A stretch of DNA of 61,822 nucleotides, the filler included, from Basidioascus undulatus (Eukaryota), in the NCBI GenBank assembly GCA_000826855.1. It is 6 parts of 6 records of this genome, joined end to end, with 100 filler letters (N's around TTAATTAATTAA, not from the genome) between each part and the next. Parts side by side here need not be neighbours in the genome. Positions count along the whole stretch, not along the records: positions 37,702 to 61,822 come from JTLS01000247.1; 5 more parts are not named here. One strand, written 5' to 3'. Shown here piece by piece: positions 48,927 to 61,822 of the stretch. The translations under genes were made by a program, and so were the position numbers. The first letter of the stretch is position 1, and each line of letters opens with the position of its first letter. The notes beneath the pieces were generated by a model that was not told the origin of the DNA, searched no databases, and saw only the letters and a list, made by a program, of their open reading frames with translations.

Positions 48927-51900
48927 ATGGAGGAGGCAGCGGCAAAGTCGCATCGCGCCGCGCACGCTGGGCGCAAGGCGGAGAAGAAGGCGAAGAAGTT
49001 GGAGGGCAAGGACGGACGGGAGAAGGGCAGGAATGACAAGGTGCGCCAGGAGAGCTCTCGCCTTCAGAAGAGGCAGATGAGACTGATTGAACTGCTGGGG
49101 AAATAGGCCTTTACCTCGTCCAGCCATAACCGCGCTCACAAGAATGCGCTGCGAAACGCCGAGCAGGCGCAGCGCCGCTTGCATGTCCCCCTCGTCGATC
49201 GCACGCCCGGCGTCGAGCTCGCGCCTCCCATCCTGGTTGCTCTTGCTGGTCCGCCTGGAGTGAGTTGAACTCCACCTTCTGAGTATATGCTCTGTATGGA
49301 GAAGGGTGTGGAATTGGTCTCGGGTGGCGTGGAAAGGCAGGCAATGGGGGTGTCCGGAGCTTGCCACTCACGCCGCGTCTCTTTCGTAGGTCGGCAAGAC
49401 GACACTCCTCAAGTCGCTTATCAAGCGATACTCCAAGGCGACTATCGGCGAAATCAAGGGTCCTGTCACTGTCGTCTCCGGTTCGTGTCAAATTGCGTTC
49501 CTCTCTTCAAGGCAATGTGCACTCATCGTTCGCTCATATAGGCAAGACGCGTCGTATCACTTTCGTCGAGTGCCCGACGGACCTCAACTCGATGATTGAT
49601 ATCGCCAAGGTCGCCGACCTCGTCCTTCTCTGCATTGATGGCTCGTTCGGCTTCGAGATGGTGCGCTCAGCTGGGTTGGTCGTTCGGATGTGCAGAAGCT
49701 GAATCCCGAGCCCTTCCAGGAAACGATGGAGCTCCTGACCGTCCTGCAATCGCACGGTTTCCCCAAGGTCCTCGGCGTCCTCACCCACCCCGACCTCATC
49801 AAGTCGCCGTCCACGCTCCGCGCGCAGAAGAAGCGGCTGAAGCAGCGCTTCTGGACCGAGGTCTACGCGGGCGCGAAGCTCTTCTACCTCTCGGGCGTCA
49901 TCAACGGCCGGTACCCGAACGCCGAGATCCTCAACCTCTCGCGCTTCATCGGCGTCATGAAGTTCCGCCCGCTCATCTGGCGCAACACGCACGCGTACAT
50001 GCTCGCCGACCGCCTCGAGGACCTCACCCCGCGCGAGACCGTCCGCCAGGACCCCAAGGTCGACCGCACCGTCACGCTGTACGGCTACCTTCGCGGCATC
50101 CCGCTCAAGGACTCGACCGCTGTGCACATCCCCGGTGCGGGCGACCTCCGGATCAAGAGCCTCAAGAAGCTCGAGGACCCGTGCCCGCCGCCGACGAGGG
50201 ACAGCGAGAAGCGCAGGAAGCTTGCGGACAAGCAGCGCCTCATCCACGCGCCGATGAGCGACCTCGGCGGCGTCCGGTACGACAAGGACGCGGTTTGGGT
50301 GAACGTGCCGGGCAACTTCTCGAAGAATAACGACGGTACGCCACTTCCGCTGTTCGGGTGGTACGGGGCAAGATACTGAACAGCATGCGGTTCACAGAAC
50401 CGAAGGGCGAGGGCGAGCAGATGGTCATCTCGCTGCAGGACGCCCCGACGACGCTGGACGAGGCGATCAGGCAGTCGCAGATCCGCCTTCTCAAGGGCTC
50501 TTCCGCACCGCTCGCTGCGTCCTCGTCGAAGGGCAAGGGCCGCGCGCTTCCGGGCGACGACGAGTCCGACGACGGCGGCGTCGAGGAGTTCGAGTCTGGG
50601 GCGGAAGACGAGGAGTTCTCGGACGAGGAAGAGGAGGACGACCTGGACGAGCCGGGCTCTTCAAACCGCGGCCGCACTTCGCTGCGGCAACCGCGAGCCG
50701 TCGGCGGTTCCGGCGCAGATCGCGCGGAGGACGTTGCCTACGCCGACTCCGACTCGGAGCTAGACTTCGACGGAGAGGGCGAGTTCGAGCAGGAGGGCGA
50801 GGACGGGGGGTCCGTGGACAACGGAGAGGATGAGGATGAAGACGAGAATGAGGAAGAAGAGGAGGACGACGTGCCGCGATGGAAGCGCGACCTCGAGGCG
50901 CACGCCGCTGCGGTCTCCTCCACCGCGCGGCGACGACCAGACCTCATGAAGCTCATCTACTTCTCCGATCTCACGCCCGAGGAGGTCTGCCGCGGCGGGC
51001 GCGACGACGACGACGACAGGGACAACCAGCCCGCCGCCGGGGAAGACGACGACGACTTCTTCCGACTCGAGCGCACCATCGGCGCCCCGAGCGCCCAGGA
51101 CGAGACAGCGGACGAGGCGATTCGAGAATCGCTTGTGGAGGAGGAGCTCCGCGAGTGGGACGACGAGGAGATGCTCGACTCGATCCGCGGCCTTTTCATC
51201 ACTGGGTCCGCCGGCCAGGAGGGCGAGGAAGACGGAGAGGGCGAGGACGAGGGTTTTGAAGACCTCGAGGCCGACAACGGTGTCATCGAGGACAACTCGC
51301 CCAAGGCGCAGGAGGCGGCTCGCGCGGCGGCGCTCGCGGCGAAGAAGGAGGCGCTCAAGCGCAAGTTCGACGAGCAGTACGACGACCCGGACGGCGAGGG
51401 CAAGCTCGACTTCTACGACGAGCGCAAGAACGAGATGGCCGCGCAGCTCGCGCTCAACGAGGCCGAGTTCGTCGACGACGACGAGGAGACGCGCCACGCC
51501 GTCGAGGGCTACCGCGCGGGGACGTACGTCCGTCTCGAGCTCACGGACGTGCCGTGCGAGCTCGTTGAGAACTTTGACCCGACAATCCCTCTCATCGTCG
51601 GCGGACTCCTGCCGAACGAGGAGCGCTTCGGCTTCATTCAAGCTCGCGTTAAGAAGCACCGCTGGCATGGCCGGATCCTCAAGACGAACGACCCGCTCAT
51701 CTTCTCGCTCGGCTGGCGGCGGTTCCAGAGCTGCCCGATCTACAGCCTCGAGGACCGCTCGATCCGGAACCGGATGCTCAAGTACACGCCCGAGCACATG
51801 CACTGCCTCGCGACGTTCTACGCCCCGCTCGCGACGCCCAACACGGGCTTCTGCGCGTTCAACACGCTCGGCCCGGACACGCCCGCGTTCCGCGTCTCCG

Positions 51901-52929
51901 CCACAGGCGTCGTGCTTGACAACGACCGCAGCACGCAGATTGTCAAGAAGATCAAGCTCACCGGCACGCCGTACAAGATCTTCAAGAATACCGCCTTCGT
52001 CCGCGAGATGTTCTCCACCGCGCTTGAGGTCGCCCGCTTCGAGGGCGCCCACATCCGTACCGTCTCCGGCATCCGCGGCCAGGTCAAGAAAGCGCTCAGC
52101 AAGCCCGAGGGCGCGTTCCGTGCGGCGTTCGAGGACAAGGTGCTCGCGAGCGGTACGTCTCGCAATCTTATCTCCGCGTTCCAGCAGCTTGCTGATTTCT
52201 GTCGAGCTGCACAGACATCATCTTCCTCCGCGCGTGGTACTCGATCCAACCCCGCAAGTTCTACAACCCCGTCACGTCGCTGCTCCTCGCCGACAAGGCG
52301 CGCTGGCAGGGCATGCGCCTCACCGGGCAGGTTCGCCGCGAGCAGGGCGTCAAGACGCCGCTCAACGTGAACTCGACCTACAAGGCACGTTTCCCTGCCT
52401 TCACACGCCGCTGCTGCCAGCAAGCTGACATTGCGCTTGTTTCCATCTGCAGCCTATCGAGCGCCCGAACAAGAAGTTCAACCCGCTGCGGATCCCCAAG
52501 AAGCTCTCGGCGGCGCTGCCGTACGCGTCCAAGCCGAAGCTCATGAAGCCTCAGAAGCGGCAGACGTACATGCAGAAGCGCGCGGTCGTCATGGAGCCCG
52601 AGGAGAAGAAGGCCGTCGCGCTCTTACAGCAGATCCGCGCGATCCAGAAGGACAAGGTCGCGAAGCGGAGCGCAAAGAAGGACGAGCGGCGCCAGGCGCG
52701 CAAGGCCGAGCTCGAGAAGGTGCGTCGTCCCGCGTGCGATCCTTTTCTCACACAGACACACGCTTATCGTCTCTGTCATGACACTGCAAAGGCCGAGGCG
52801 CGCAAGCAGCAATACCGGAAGGAGGAGAAGAAGGAGGCGATGCGCAAGGTCGGCTTGAAGCGTGGCTCTTCCGGAGACACTGGCGGCGGGGGCGGGAAGA
52901 GGCGGAAGACGTCGGACGACCTTTCTTGA
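48927..52929 (+). CDS. BMS1: Ribosome biogenesis GTPase Bms1
   Basis: [56 protein letters not shown], acidic middle region, [38 protein letters not shown]. Confidence 0.97.
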
Positions 52930-53254
52930 GCTCACCTTACCTGTATTGCATTTCTTTGTTACTTTTCGAGCATTCTATTTCGGAAGCTTGTGATACCTTG
53001 TTGCGTGGCAGCAGCCGAACTCACGATAACCGACGGCCGCAGTTGACGCGCTTCTCGGTGTGGCATCCGCTATGCTTGTAATTCGGCTAAAGCGACCCTT
53101 GACCTCACGCGCAGTACCAGCGGCGAGGCTTATCGCGTTCCTGATAATCCGTTCAGCTTTCGTGTGGAACTATTGTCGATTGCGTTCGTGTACCGAAATG
53201 GATATGAATGCAATGTGGCCAACGAGCGTTTAACCCTCTGAAAACCACGATGTT

Positions 53255-54401
53255 TCACTCGGATCCCGAACGAGGCTTGAGCTTTTCCAGGTGGTACGTC
53301 TGAGAGACGATGCGGTCCTTCAGCGCAACAGGCAACCAAGGGAGGATCCACTTCGCTGCCCCCGCCGCCCTGGCCCGCCAAAAGCTGTCAGTGGCAGGAA
53401 AGCCAACCCAGACCCCTCTGATAAACATTCCAGCCGGACTCACGCTCCAGCATACACGTACGCGTTGGGCTCGACTTGCAGATCTCGCGCGCGACTTTCT
53501 CTGCGTCGGCAGCCGGGTCTGCTGCGTAGTGCGGGTCCTTGAGCGTCTCCTTTCTGGCCTCGAAGATCGGCTCGAGATTTGCGTAGGCGCTCGATGAGTC
53601 GTCGATATTCACGATGCGCTGCTCGTTGTGGACATGGATGTGCCGACGCCGCCACTGACGAAGAGCACCACGCGAATGCCGAGGGGGGCGACCCTCGAGC
53701 CGCAGCGAGTCCGAAAGCGCGTGCACGGCTGCTTTGGAAGCGGCGTAGGCTCCCGAGAGGGCCGGCTGGTGTATTCGAAGGGCGGTTGGGGATAGTCAAC
53801 ACTGCAGATTGGTGCGGAGGACAGTGGCAAGTGTACCTGCACAACACCGTTGAGCGAGCCGACACTGGCGATCGTGCCTCGGCCTTGTTTCGCCATGAGC
53901 GGCGCGAACGCCTGGATGACGGTCAGAAGACCGAATACGTTGGTCTCGCCTGAAGGAACCTGTCGTCAGTAGGGGAAGCCGTGAGACAAGTAAATGAAAC
54001 CTACGGACCTCACGAACCCGGGTCAAGTCCGCCTCAAGCAGGACCTCGACCGTCCCATATCCAGCGTTGTTGATGAGAACGTCCAGGCTGTCAGACCGCT
54101 CGAGGAACGTCACCAGGCAGGCTTTGACCGAGTCCGCCGAGGAGACGTCTAGGATGAGGATCTGTCGTGAGTGATTCAGCCTTCCATTTTTCAGGTATCC
54201 TGGTGCAGTGGCTTGCTACCGTGCACCCACTTCGACTCCTTTCTCCTTCAGCTCATCCCCACTTCCCTCCAGCCGAACGGTGATGAACATGCGGTAGTTG
54301 CGCTTGAGCAATGCGAGACAGAGGTGATAGCCTGTGCCGCCGGCGGAGACGCCGGTGACCAGCGCCACAGGACGAGGGGAGATTTCAAAGTGGTTGGACA
54401 T
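53255..54401 (-). pseudogene. Short-chain dehydrogenase/reductase (Ayr1-like) with frameshifts
   Basis: VALVTGVSAGGTG, DVLINNAG, ETNVFG, GAYAASKAAVHALSDSLRLE. An extra G at ~53692 breaks EVAPLGIRVV, and a second shift lies near 53625. Confidence 0.7.
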
Positions 54402-56004
54402 CGAAAACGATAGTTTTGGGTATGATGAGCTTACGACCTCAAGAGCGAGAGGTGAAGAAGTTCGAGAAGCTCTACCGTTCTCCGCTTATTGATCTCGGCG
54501 ACAGGCGGTACGGCGTACGGCGCAATACGGCGCAACGGCTACGACAGCAGAGCGGAACGTCGGCGTTCGTCCTTGACAGCCGAACTCCACCAGCCAATAG
54601 ATACCTGAAACATCCATGCTGTCTAAAAATATTTGGTAAGGTCTGTATGAACCACGTCGCCGCTGTGATGTTGCTCGAGCTTAAGCGCTGGAGCGCTATG
54701 TTATACGAGTGCCATCAACCTAATGTTGCGAGGATGAAGGCAAAGGACAAAGATGATAGTAAGTAGGTAAAGCATAGCCTTTCCTTGAGTGTTGTCCCTG
54801 GACATGGACTTTGATAAGGTACGTCGCCTCGAGCAGCACTATGCTGCGGAAACGCGGCCGCATGTTGCACAACATCAGTGGTCGTTTGGGGTTTGTACTA
54901 TAGATACTATTAGATGGGGTTTCTCATATACGAAATATTCGTGTCCCACAATGACAGTGCTTTTCAGTCGTCAAGGCTGCTTTCCATCTTTCCATCCGTC
55001 GGGGCTCACGCTGCTTGACGATGTTCCGCGTTACAGGGTATTTAGCAACGTGAAACACGTCGACTCAGAGATTGACTATAATTCATCAAAGAGGAACTCA
55101 AATCGCTCAATGTTGAAGCCACTTAGACCCAATACCGGTACCAAATAGGATCCAGATATCAGCGGAGACTTTTCAACCTGCATCCATTTTAGCTGTGAAC
55201 ACGAGACTCTTCAAAAGCGCGAGCTGATTCGCGTCAGTGTCCTCGATTCCGTATTGCGTTGAATTTAATCAGAGTTGGCCCCCCCATCCCTTGTTTGGTA
55301 GTGCAAGGGCATGGCGCTTCTTGGGCGAACCATGCAGCGCGACTGAAGGCCAGCTGCCAGTGTGAACTGTTCACCGAACGTGAGGCGGAACTCAGGGAAG
55401 ACGAGGCTATATAGGGCTCCAGACAACATATTCTTGCTTGTTGAAAATTTGAAAGAGCCCGGCGGCCCGTTGATATGGCCATTAGTTTATGCCAGACGTG
55501 GTGTGTCCCACAGACGCCTTTGAAAGCGACCTTACTCCGCAGGGTCTCACCGGCCACGGGGGTTCGTGTTTAGATGTGTCCGCGTTCAAGTCTTCACCTG
55601 CCCACTTGTATTCAGCGTGCTCAAGCGTGGTGCGCATGTTTATTTGTGGCATGCGAGTGCCTTTGGTCTTGCCCGCCGTCGTTATGGTATCTAACTGCAG
55701 ACGCGTTCAGGCCTGCCTTCTATGCTGCGTATTCAAATACCCAATCTGCCTATACAGGCCCTATTTTGGGGGTCATAGCCATGCCAAAGTACACGCGACT
55801 GATCATGCATGTCCGGATGAGGAAGCGTCCCTCGCAGTCTGAGATAGCACATTCCTGGTCTGAATCCGGTTTCTCTCGTCCGCCTATTTAGCAGCGCAGA
55901 TTTCTGCACTCCTCTGCTTCTCTCCCCACCACGCTCCACGTTCCCCCACCCTTGCATACCCGCACACTAAGTTCCGCGCGCGTCCATCATCGGTGCTGGC
56001 CACG

Positions 56005-56543
56005 ATGAAGTTCACTTTCCTGCTTCTCTCCTCTCCCTTCTGCTTTCCATCGTCGCCACTCTGGCGTCGGTCGAAACGCACTCTCCCACAGAGATCGCGA
56101 ATGTTCTCCTCACGCGTTGCGTACTCAACCACTGCGTCTTCTCTCGGCATGGACTTCGGGTCGCGTTTGGTCTGCGTCTCGGAGATGCCCTGCACACTAT
56201 GTGCGGTCGCATCATGCGCTTCACCCAGCGAGTAGCGCAGTCCATCAAAGGTGCGCCAGCTCTATCACTCCTAACATTAATAGTTCGGAAGTGGCGCGTC
56301 AACGAGAGGCGCTGCGGGCCGTCGGGGTCATTGTACGCTGCCTGTGCAACATTGCCTTGGGTGGTGCTTGCGAGGAGGGCACTCCCCTTGAATTCGGAAA
56401 GGCCTCTGTGGCAGTTGGCTGCCTTGTCTGGGCTTTCCGTGAGGGCGCGAAAGGGAGGACACTGGGCGTTCTTCCGGTGTGCGTGTATCCCATCGTGGAT
56501 GTCTTCCCCTCATGTGATAGATGTTTCAGCTGTCTCTCTATGA
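56005..56543 (+). pseudogene. Possible decayed gene for a small secreted protein
   Basis: MKFTF is followed by a frameshift into SLLSLLLSIVATLASVE (signal-peptide-like), then scattered Cys residues. Confidence 0.25.
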
Positions 56544-59363
56544 AAACCTTCTTTCATGTACGACCCTCCGTGAAAGTGAATCAAGTGTACGCGAGACTGT
56601 GAAGTGCCGGTTGTGCTTGCATGCTGCAAGCGGCGACAGGGAGAGCGGGCGGGGTAGAATAAAGACCGCACCAGACGATTTCGACCTGCAAGACTGGGAT
56701 ATGACCTCTCATAGAGTCATGAAACCTGTTGAGACTGGCTTGGCATCATACGAAGGGCGAAGGATGCCTTGGTGACCTAAGTGACACAGTGAGCCTCACT
56801 TTAAAGCAGCACACGCTGTTCCTCAACTTTCGGTACGATTCCTGCGCGTTGGTGCGGGCGAACCGGTTGCGACCTTCCCACGTCTCGACAGTATGTGCTC
56901 GTTGCACAGCGGCATGCGCCTCTGTCATAGGCGCATAACGTGCTGACCCTCGATCACCGGGCAGACCCATTCTCTGTACAGAGCAAGAAATTCTCTACAG
57001 GGTAAGAAATCCGAAGTAAATGTGGTGTGCAAACTCGGTAAAATGGCTGCACAGCAGCACTTCATTCATTCACCGTCATGCGACGGTGCAGCATCCCCAC
57101 AGTCTGAAGCACGCACCGTTCTGATTTTGACACTATCTCAAAAAGCCACCATATGCTCCTCGCCATGGGTCATTCAAAGAGTATGCGGTTTTTTACATGC
57201 CTGCAATATATACAAAACAGTGGAGGAAGCGAGCCTGTCAGACTCTTCCGGGACAGGCCCTCCGTAATATCCGCGGCAGCTATGCGTGGCCAGAGAAGAC
57301 TGTGCCACGCTTTCTGGGGTACACCAAATTTCTTTGGAAGAAACTGAGTTCCAAGTTAAGACCACAAAGTTGATTTGATCACAAGAAAGCAACCACTTAA
57401 CGTCTTGTGGGCGTTGCACATTGTCCGCTCCTAAGTCCGTGCTTGAGTCTGTCTTCTTCACTCACGCAGCTTTCGGTGACAATGAGCTTTTCAGTACCTC
57501 AAGAAAATCATTATTATGTCTTCAAAAAGTCCTGGATATGTCCGTTTGTGGAAGTTAGTTAGAACGAATCCTCCAGTGCCTCAATAACTCTGCAACGGTC
57601 GATCGGCAAAAGGCCAGAAACTCCTCTTCGTGCCGACACTGCGCATTCTACCCAGAGGCTACAGAAGCAAACCATCGCCGTCTATGATTCTATGCAGCCG
57701 ATCAACGTGAGGGTCGCAGTCGGACCCCCAGCGCCATTGATGCGGTAGCGCGACGGCTTTCACTGACCAAGTTTTGGACGCAGCGCTTTCTGTCAGTCCT
57801 TGTCCGGTTTCTGCTGTGCTATGTACCTACATGCACATGCACATGCAAGTCCTTCTCTCAGACAAAAGCGCAGAGCTCGCCACGCCGCGACCGCCACGAC
57901 GCCTTCTTCTCCTCCCTCACCCTCCCTGCAGCTGCTGCAAGGACCCACGCAACCCAGAAGGGAACGTGCCAAGTCTTCTAAATCTTTCTCTCACCCAAGG
58001 AACAACACGTTCGTGCTATACACTGCAAAAGCCAACCCAGTGCAAGCACGTGCAACAGGGTCGTACCCTCCCAAGACTCACTGATCTGCGAAGTCGAACC
58101 GGTTTCTACTTGCAGCCGACCGGCCGACAGCAACCGGCCGACAGACGACCGACTCGGCCGCCGTTCCTGGCACGCCGACTGCAAATTAATGCAACCTTTT
58201 GCATTGCAGTCGCTCCGGCCGCCCGTCGCTGCGTCCGTTGGCCGTTTCCGCATCGCTCGGGTGCTTCACCTCTTCAGGCATCCTCTCGACGACGGTAGAA
58301 TCCAGGAAGTCGAGAACATAGCATACAGACAGGCAAGTGGAGCAAAATGTCAAGCTACAACAGGCCGAGGGTCTATTTATTATCCCCAAGAAATTACTAG
58401 TGCTTCACGAAGGACTAAGAAACGCACAGCATCCGAGTGTCCGGGATCCGGAGCCGGCACGGCGCCCGAGTGCACCGACTCAAGCGGCCGAGCGCGCAGA
58501 TCGATCATCGCTGGACGGATCTGCATTAGTATTTCCTATTAGGCGATTGGCTGGGTGGCGTTTGAGAGACATCGAATCGCCTCGGGCCGGTCCCTGGGTC
58601 GCGGTAAACTTGCATCATTAGATTCTATTTTTCCCGCGGTTTGTCAAGCTGAAGTGCGAAGATCAGAGGTTGGAGGAGGAGGGAGTGCGGGTTGAGGAAG
58701 GAAGAGGCAGATGGATGCACGTGTATGTGGATCGTGAGGGACCCTAGAGGAGGTTTGGGGATAGTACGAAACTGAACGGAACGGGATGAACGGCACGAGC
58801 GGCGTGCTCGGCGTCGGGAGGAGGTGCGTCGTCGCCATGACCACGGGGCGAACGGAAAACCATGCGCCGATGCTGACGCAAGCACTTCGGCCGTCGCATC
58901 CACGCATCCTCCTCATTCTCCCATCAGTCGAATATGCATAAGACAGTAGTGCAGTCTAATTAGTTAACTAGGTCAACTAGTAGCCGCAGAACCGTCGGTC
59001 GTGTTCGACGTGACTCCACCCGACCCGAGCTCGTTGATCAGCCTCGGTCGCCGAGGTGACGCGGGGGACGTCGGACATGGAGCTTGCGTGCAGCAGCTGC
59101 TGATGTGAACATCGCCGAAGGACTGCAGACTTGCAGCAGTCCGAGAAAATACTTACCGGGCTTTGGATTACCTCACCTCACTCACACCCCTCACCCTCAC
59201 CCTCAACCGCCCGTCCTCCTAGGACGATATTCACGCTTCACGTTTGGGAGGGGTTCAGACGGCCGACGATACACACACGAGCACACTTCACTTTCCTCGA
59301 TCATCTCGACTTCTCTTTCCTGCAGGACCCTCTCACTGATCGACGACCACCCCCGCCGCCGCC

Positions 59364-61822
59364 ATGCAACCACGACTGCTGCTCGCCCTCGCCCTCGCGT
59401 CCACAGCAGCCACCGTCCTCGCTACGCCCTCCGCTACCGCTGCCGCCGCCACTCCCCCCGCGCTGCGAGTGGGCGTCCGCTCGTCCCCGCGCCTCCTCGC
59501 CCGGCACGGCGACGATGAGGACGATGAGGACGAGGACGGGAACGAGGACGAGGACGAATCGATGATGATGATGGACGACGACCTGGACATGCCCGACATG
59601 GCTCATGCACCTGCACCCGCACCGGCTCACGAAATGCACGACTCCGACTCTGACTCTTCCTCCGCTGCCGTCCCTGCCGCTTCCTCCGTACCCACAACCG
59701 CCGCCGCCAAGCCCCCGCATCACTCCGGCTTCGGCGGCATGCACATGACGATGCAGCACGGGCCGAAGGACGAGCTCAACGAGACGGCGATCCTCCTCGC
59801 CCACGGGCCCGACCCGATGTCCTTCTACGAGTACGACTACGAGTCGGACGCGTCCGCGCAGGCGCACCCGGGGTGGATGATCGCGCACGGGGCGGGCATG
59901 TTCATTGCGTTCACGATCGTCCTTCCAGTCGGTGCGTCTTCGTTCCTCCCTCATGGCGGACGCAAAAGATTGGCAAGGACGAGGTGGGACCTCGACTCGG
60001 AGGCAGAGCGCTGACATGTGAAAGCCCTGCCTGCCCCCGCGTCTTCTCTCTTCGCTTCGCTCTGCAGGCCTCGCACTGAAGACGGCGCAGCACCCGCTCT
60101 TCTCGCTCGTCAACGTCGCGTTCCTCGTCCTCATTGCGCTCTCCACGCTTTGCGCTACTATTTACAAGAAGATCACGCCCGACCTGTCAGCCTCCCTGCC
60201 CCATCCCCCTCCACCTGTCCCTGTTCTCCCACGCTGCCATCGATGAACACGCTTGCTCATTGCTTCGCCTTTTCTTTCGCCTGCCAGCTATGGGGGTTCC
60301 GCGCACGGCCCGATGGGGTGGTTCACCCTAGTCCTCATAGCCGCCCTCACCTCTCTCGAGGCCCTGCGCTTCTCGCGCCGCTTCCTCGCCTGGTTCCGGT
60401 CCACCTCCGGCTCCCCACGCAACTGGTCCACCTTCGTATCCTCCGTCCTCTCCTCCCGCCCCTCCTCCTCCTGCTCCTGCTCCTCTTCCGCGCCCTACTC
60501 CGCCTTGGCGGAGGAGTGGACCCCCGAACCGGACCACGCGGCCATCCGCCTCTCCGAGTCGCGCCGCCCGAGCCTGCACGTCCGCTTCCCCTCGGACGAG
60601 ACGGCGCACGAGCACGAGAACGACGACAGGCGCGTAGAGTCCCCGGATTCGGAGCACAGCAGGCACTCGGACGTCACGCTTCACGACCACGACGAAGGGC
60701 ACACGCACCTCTCTAAGCCGCCTGCGCCCGCGCTCAGCGCCGACCGCTCTCTCTCGTTCCGCCAGTGCATTGCTGTTGCCCTCAAGTACATCAACATCTT
60801 CCTCGACCGCACTACGCTCGTCCTCGGGTTTGCGCTCATCGTCACGGGTATTACTTGTGCGTCTGAGGCTCGGCTTCCCTCTCAACCCCTTCCGCCCCCC
60901 TTTTCCCCCCTTGGCTTTTTTTGAGATTGCAAGCTGACGAGAGCGGTTCCCGAACAGCCTATTCCGGCCTCTGCCGTGCGACCTACAAGAACGGCTGTCT
61001 CGCGCACCTGATCAAGGGCGGGAGTGCGTTTTCCCTTCTCTCCCCTCCTCTTCCTCTCCTCCTCTTCCCCTCCCCAACTCATCTAATCCCCCCTCTCCCC
61101 CCCCCAGTCTTCCTCGGCTACGGCCTCCTTACCTTCGGCCGCTTCCTCGGCGCGTGGTCGTGCGTCCCTGTCCCCCCTCCCACTCCTTCGGTTTGGGCTG
61201 CCGCTGACTTCAGGTATTGTGGGCGGAATCAGTGAGATTGGCTGGGCATGGAACGTCAAGCCTGCGTGGACGCTTGGGACGTGGCGCGAGAAGATGCCCT
61301 CTGCCGAGTTTGTCGAGTCGTTCACCATCTTCTTGTATGGGTGCACCAACACGTTCATGGAACGGTACGTCGATCCGCCTTCCTCTTCTCCCACCTTTAC
61401 ATTTTCCTCCTTTTAAAGCAATCGGGTACTTATTACTGTTCTGGATTGCTTCAGCTTCGGCGCGAAGGCGGGCGACGCATGGACGATGAAGCAGGTGCAG
61501 CATGCGTCGATGTGCGTTTCCCCCACCCACTCCCTATCCCCCTCCTCATCGTTCTGACATTCCGCCCGGCCCAGCGCGGTCATGTTCTTCTTCGCCGGCG
61601 GCCTGGGCGTGGCTCTCGAATCGCAGCGCGTGCGGGCCTTCCTCTCTCGCTCCCTGTCCTCTAGCACCTCCGCCCCTTCCACGACCTCCTCCGCCCCGAG
61701 CGCCAACCCCTTTCCCGCGCTCGCAATCGGCATCACCGGTTTCGCTATGGCATCTCATCAGTGCATCTCCCCTCCCTCCCCTCCCCTCCCGCTGCACTTC
61801 CCACTCATCCCTCCCCCTTCGC
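59364..61822 (+). CDS. DUF2427 + Ytp1 polytopic membrane protein (YCR061W-like); runs off the window end
   Basis: Signal peptide, His/Met/Asp-rich lumenal region, HGAGMFIAFTIVLPVG, KITPDLYGGSAHGPMGW, GCLAHLIKGG, GWAWN, SAEFVESFTIFLYG, QVQHASIAVMFFFAG, NPFPALAIGITG. Confidence 0.85.

Noticed and set aside
50760..52428. Long overlapping ORFs (430 aa minus, 431 aa plus) over BMS1
   Set aside because: Shadow frames produced by high GC3 codon bias; the BMS1 frame explains the region.
58956..58983. Palindromic CTAATTAGTTAACTAG, similar to CTAATTAGTAACT near 42643-42655, as a transposon or Helitron end
   Set aside because: The match is too short, with no TIR pair, target-site duplication or correctly spaced hairpin.

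Overview
GC-rich, intron-dense fungal DNA. Introns are mostly ~50-80 nt with GTRMGY donors, CTRAC/CTAAC branch sites and many micro-exons, which points to a basidiomycete, probably a Pucciniomycotina-type yeast (inference). The window is not one locus. It is six contigs joined by artificial 100-nt spacers (44 N + TTAATTAATTAA + 44 N), and four of the contigs are ~3.26-kb pieces in descending size order. Recognisable genes: GPI18/PIG-V (partial), a LaeA-like SAM methyltransferase, PEX16, an RBM39/CAPER-like splicing factor, a DHA1 MFS transporter, a GH20 hexosaminidase, a Whi5/Nrm1-like GTB-motif gene, citrate synthase (partial), U2 snRNA (5' part), beta-tubulin, a GPR1/FUN34/YaaH transporter, BMS1 and a DUF2427/Ytp1 membrane protein. 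Many accessory genes are decayed: F-box, RING, two pirin remnants, an alginate-lyase-like gene and an SDR. The most notable observations are: (1) the beta-tubulin contig is terminally redundant (3181-bp unit), suggesting a collapsed tandem array or circle; (2) the tubulin carries both E198A and L240F at the benzimidazole site and starts MGREI; (3) an exact U1 5'-end 11-mer lies just upstream of U2; (4) a 595-nt intron with MCB/SCB motifs splits the Whi5/Nrm1 motif; (5) a zero-length-exon AG|GT junction sits where a RING exon is missing. No previously undescribed system is demonstrated; these are leads.
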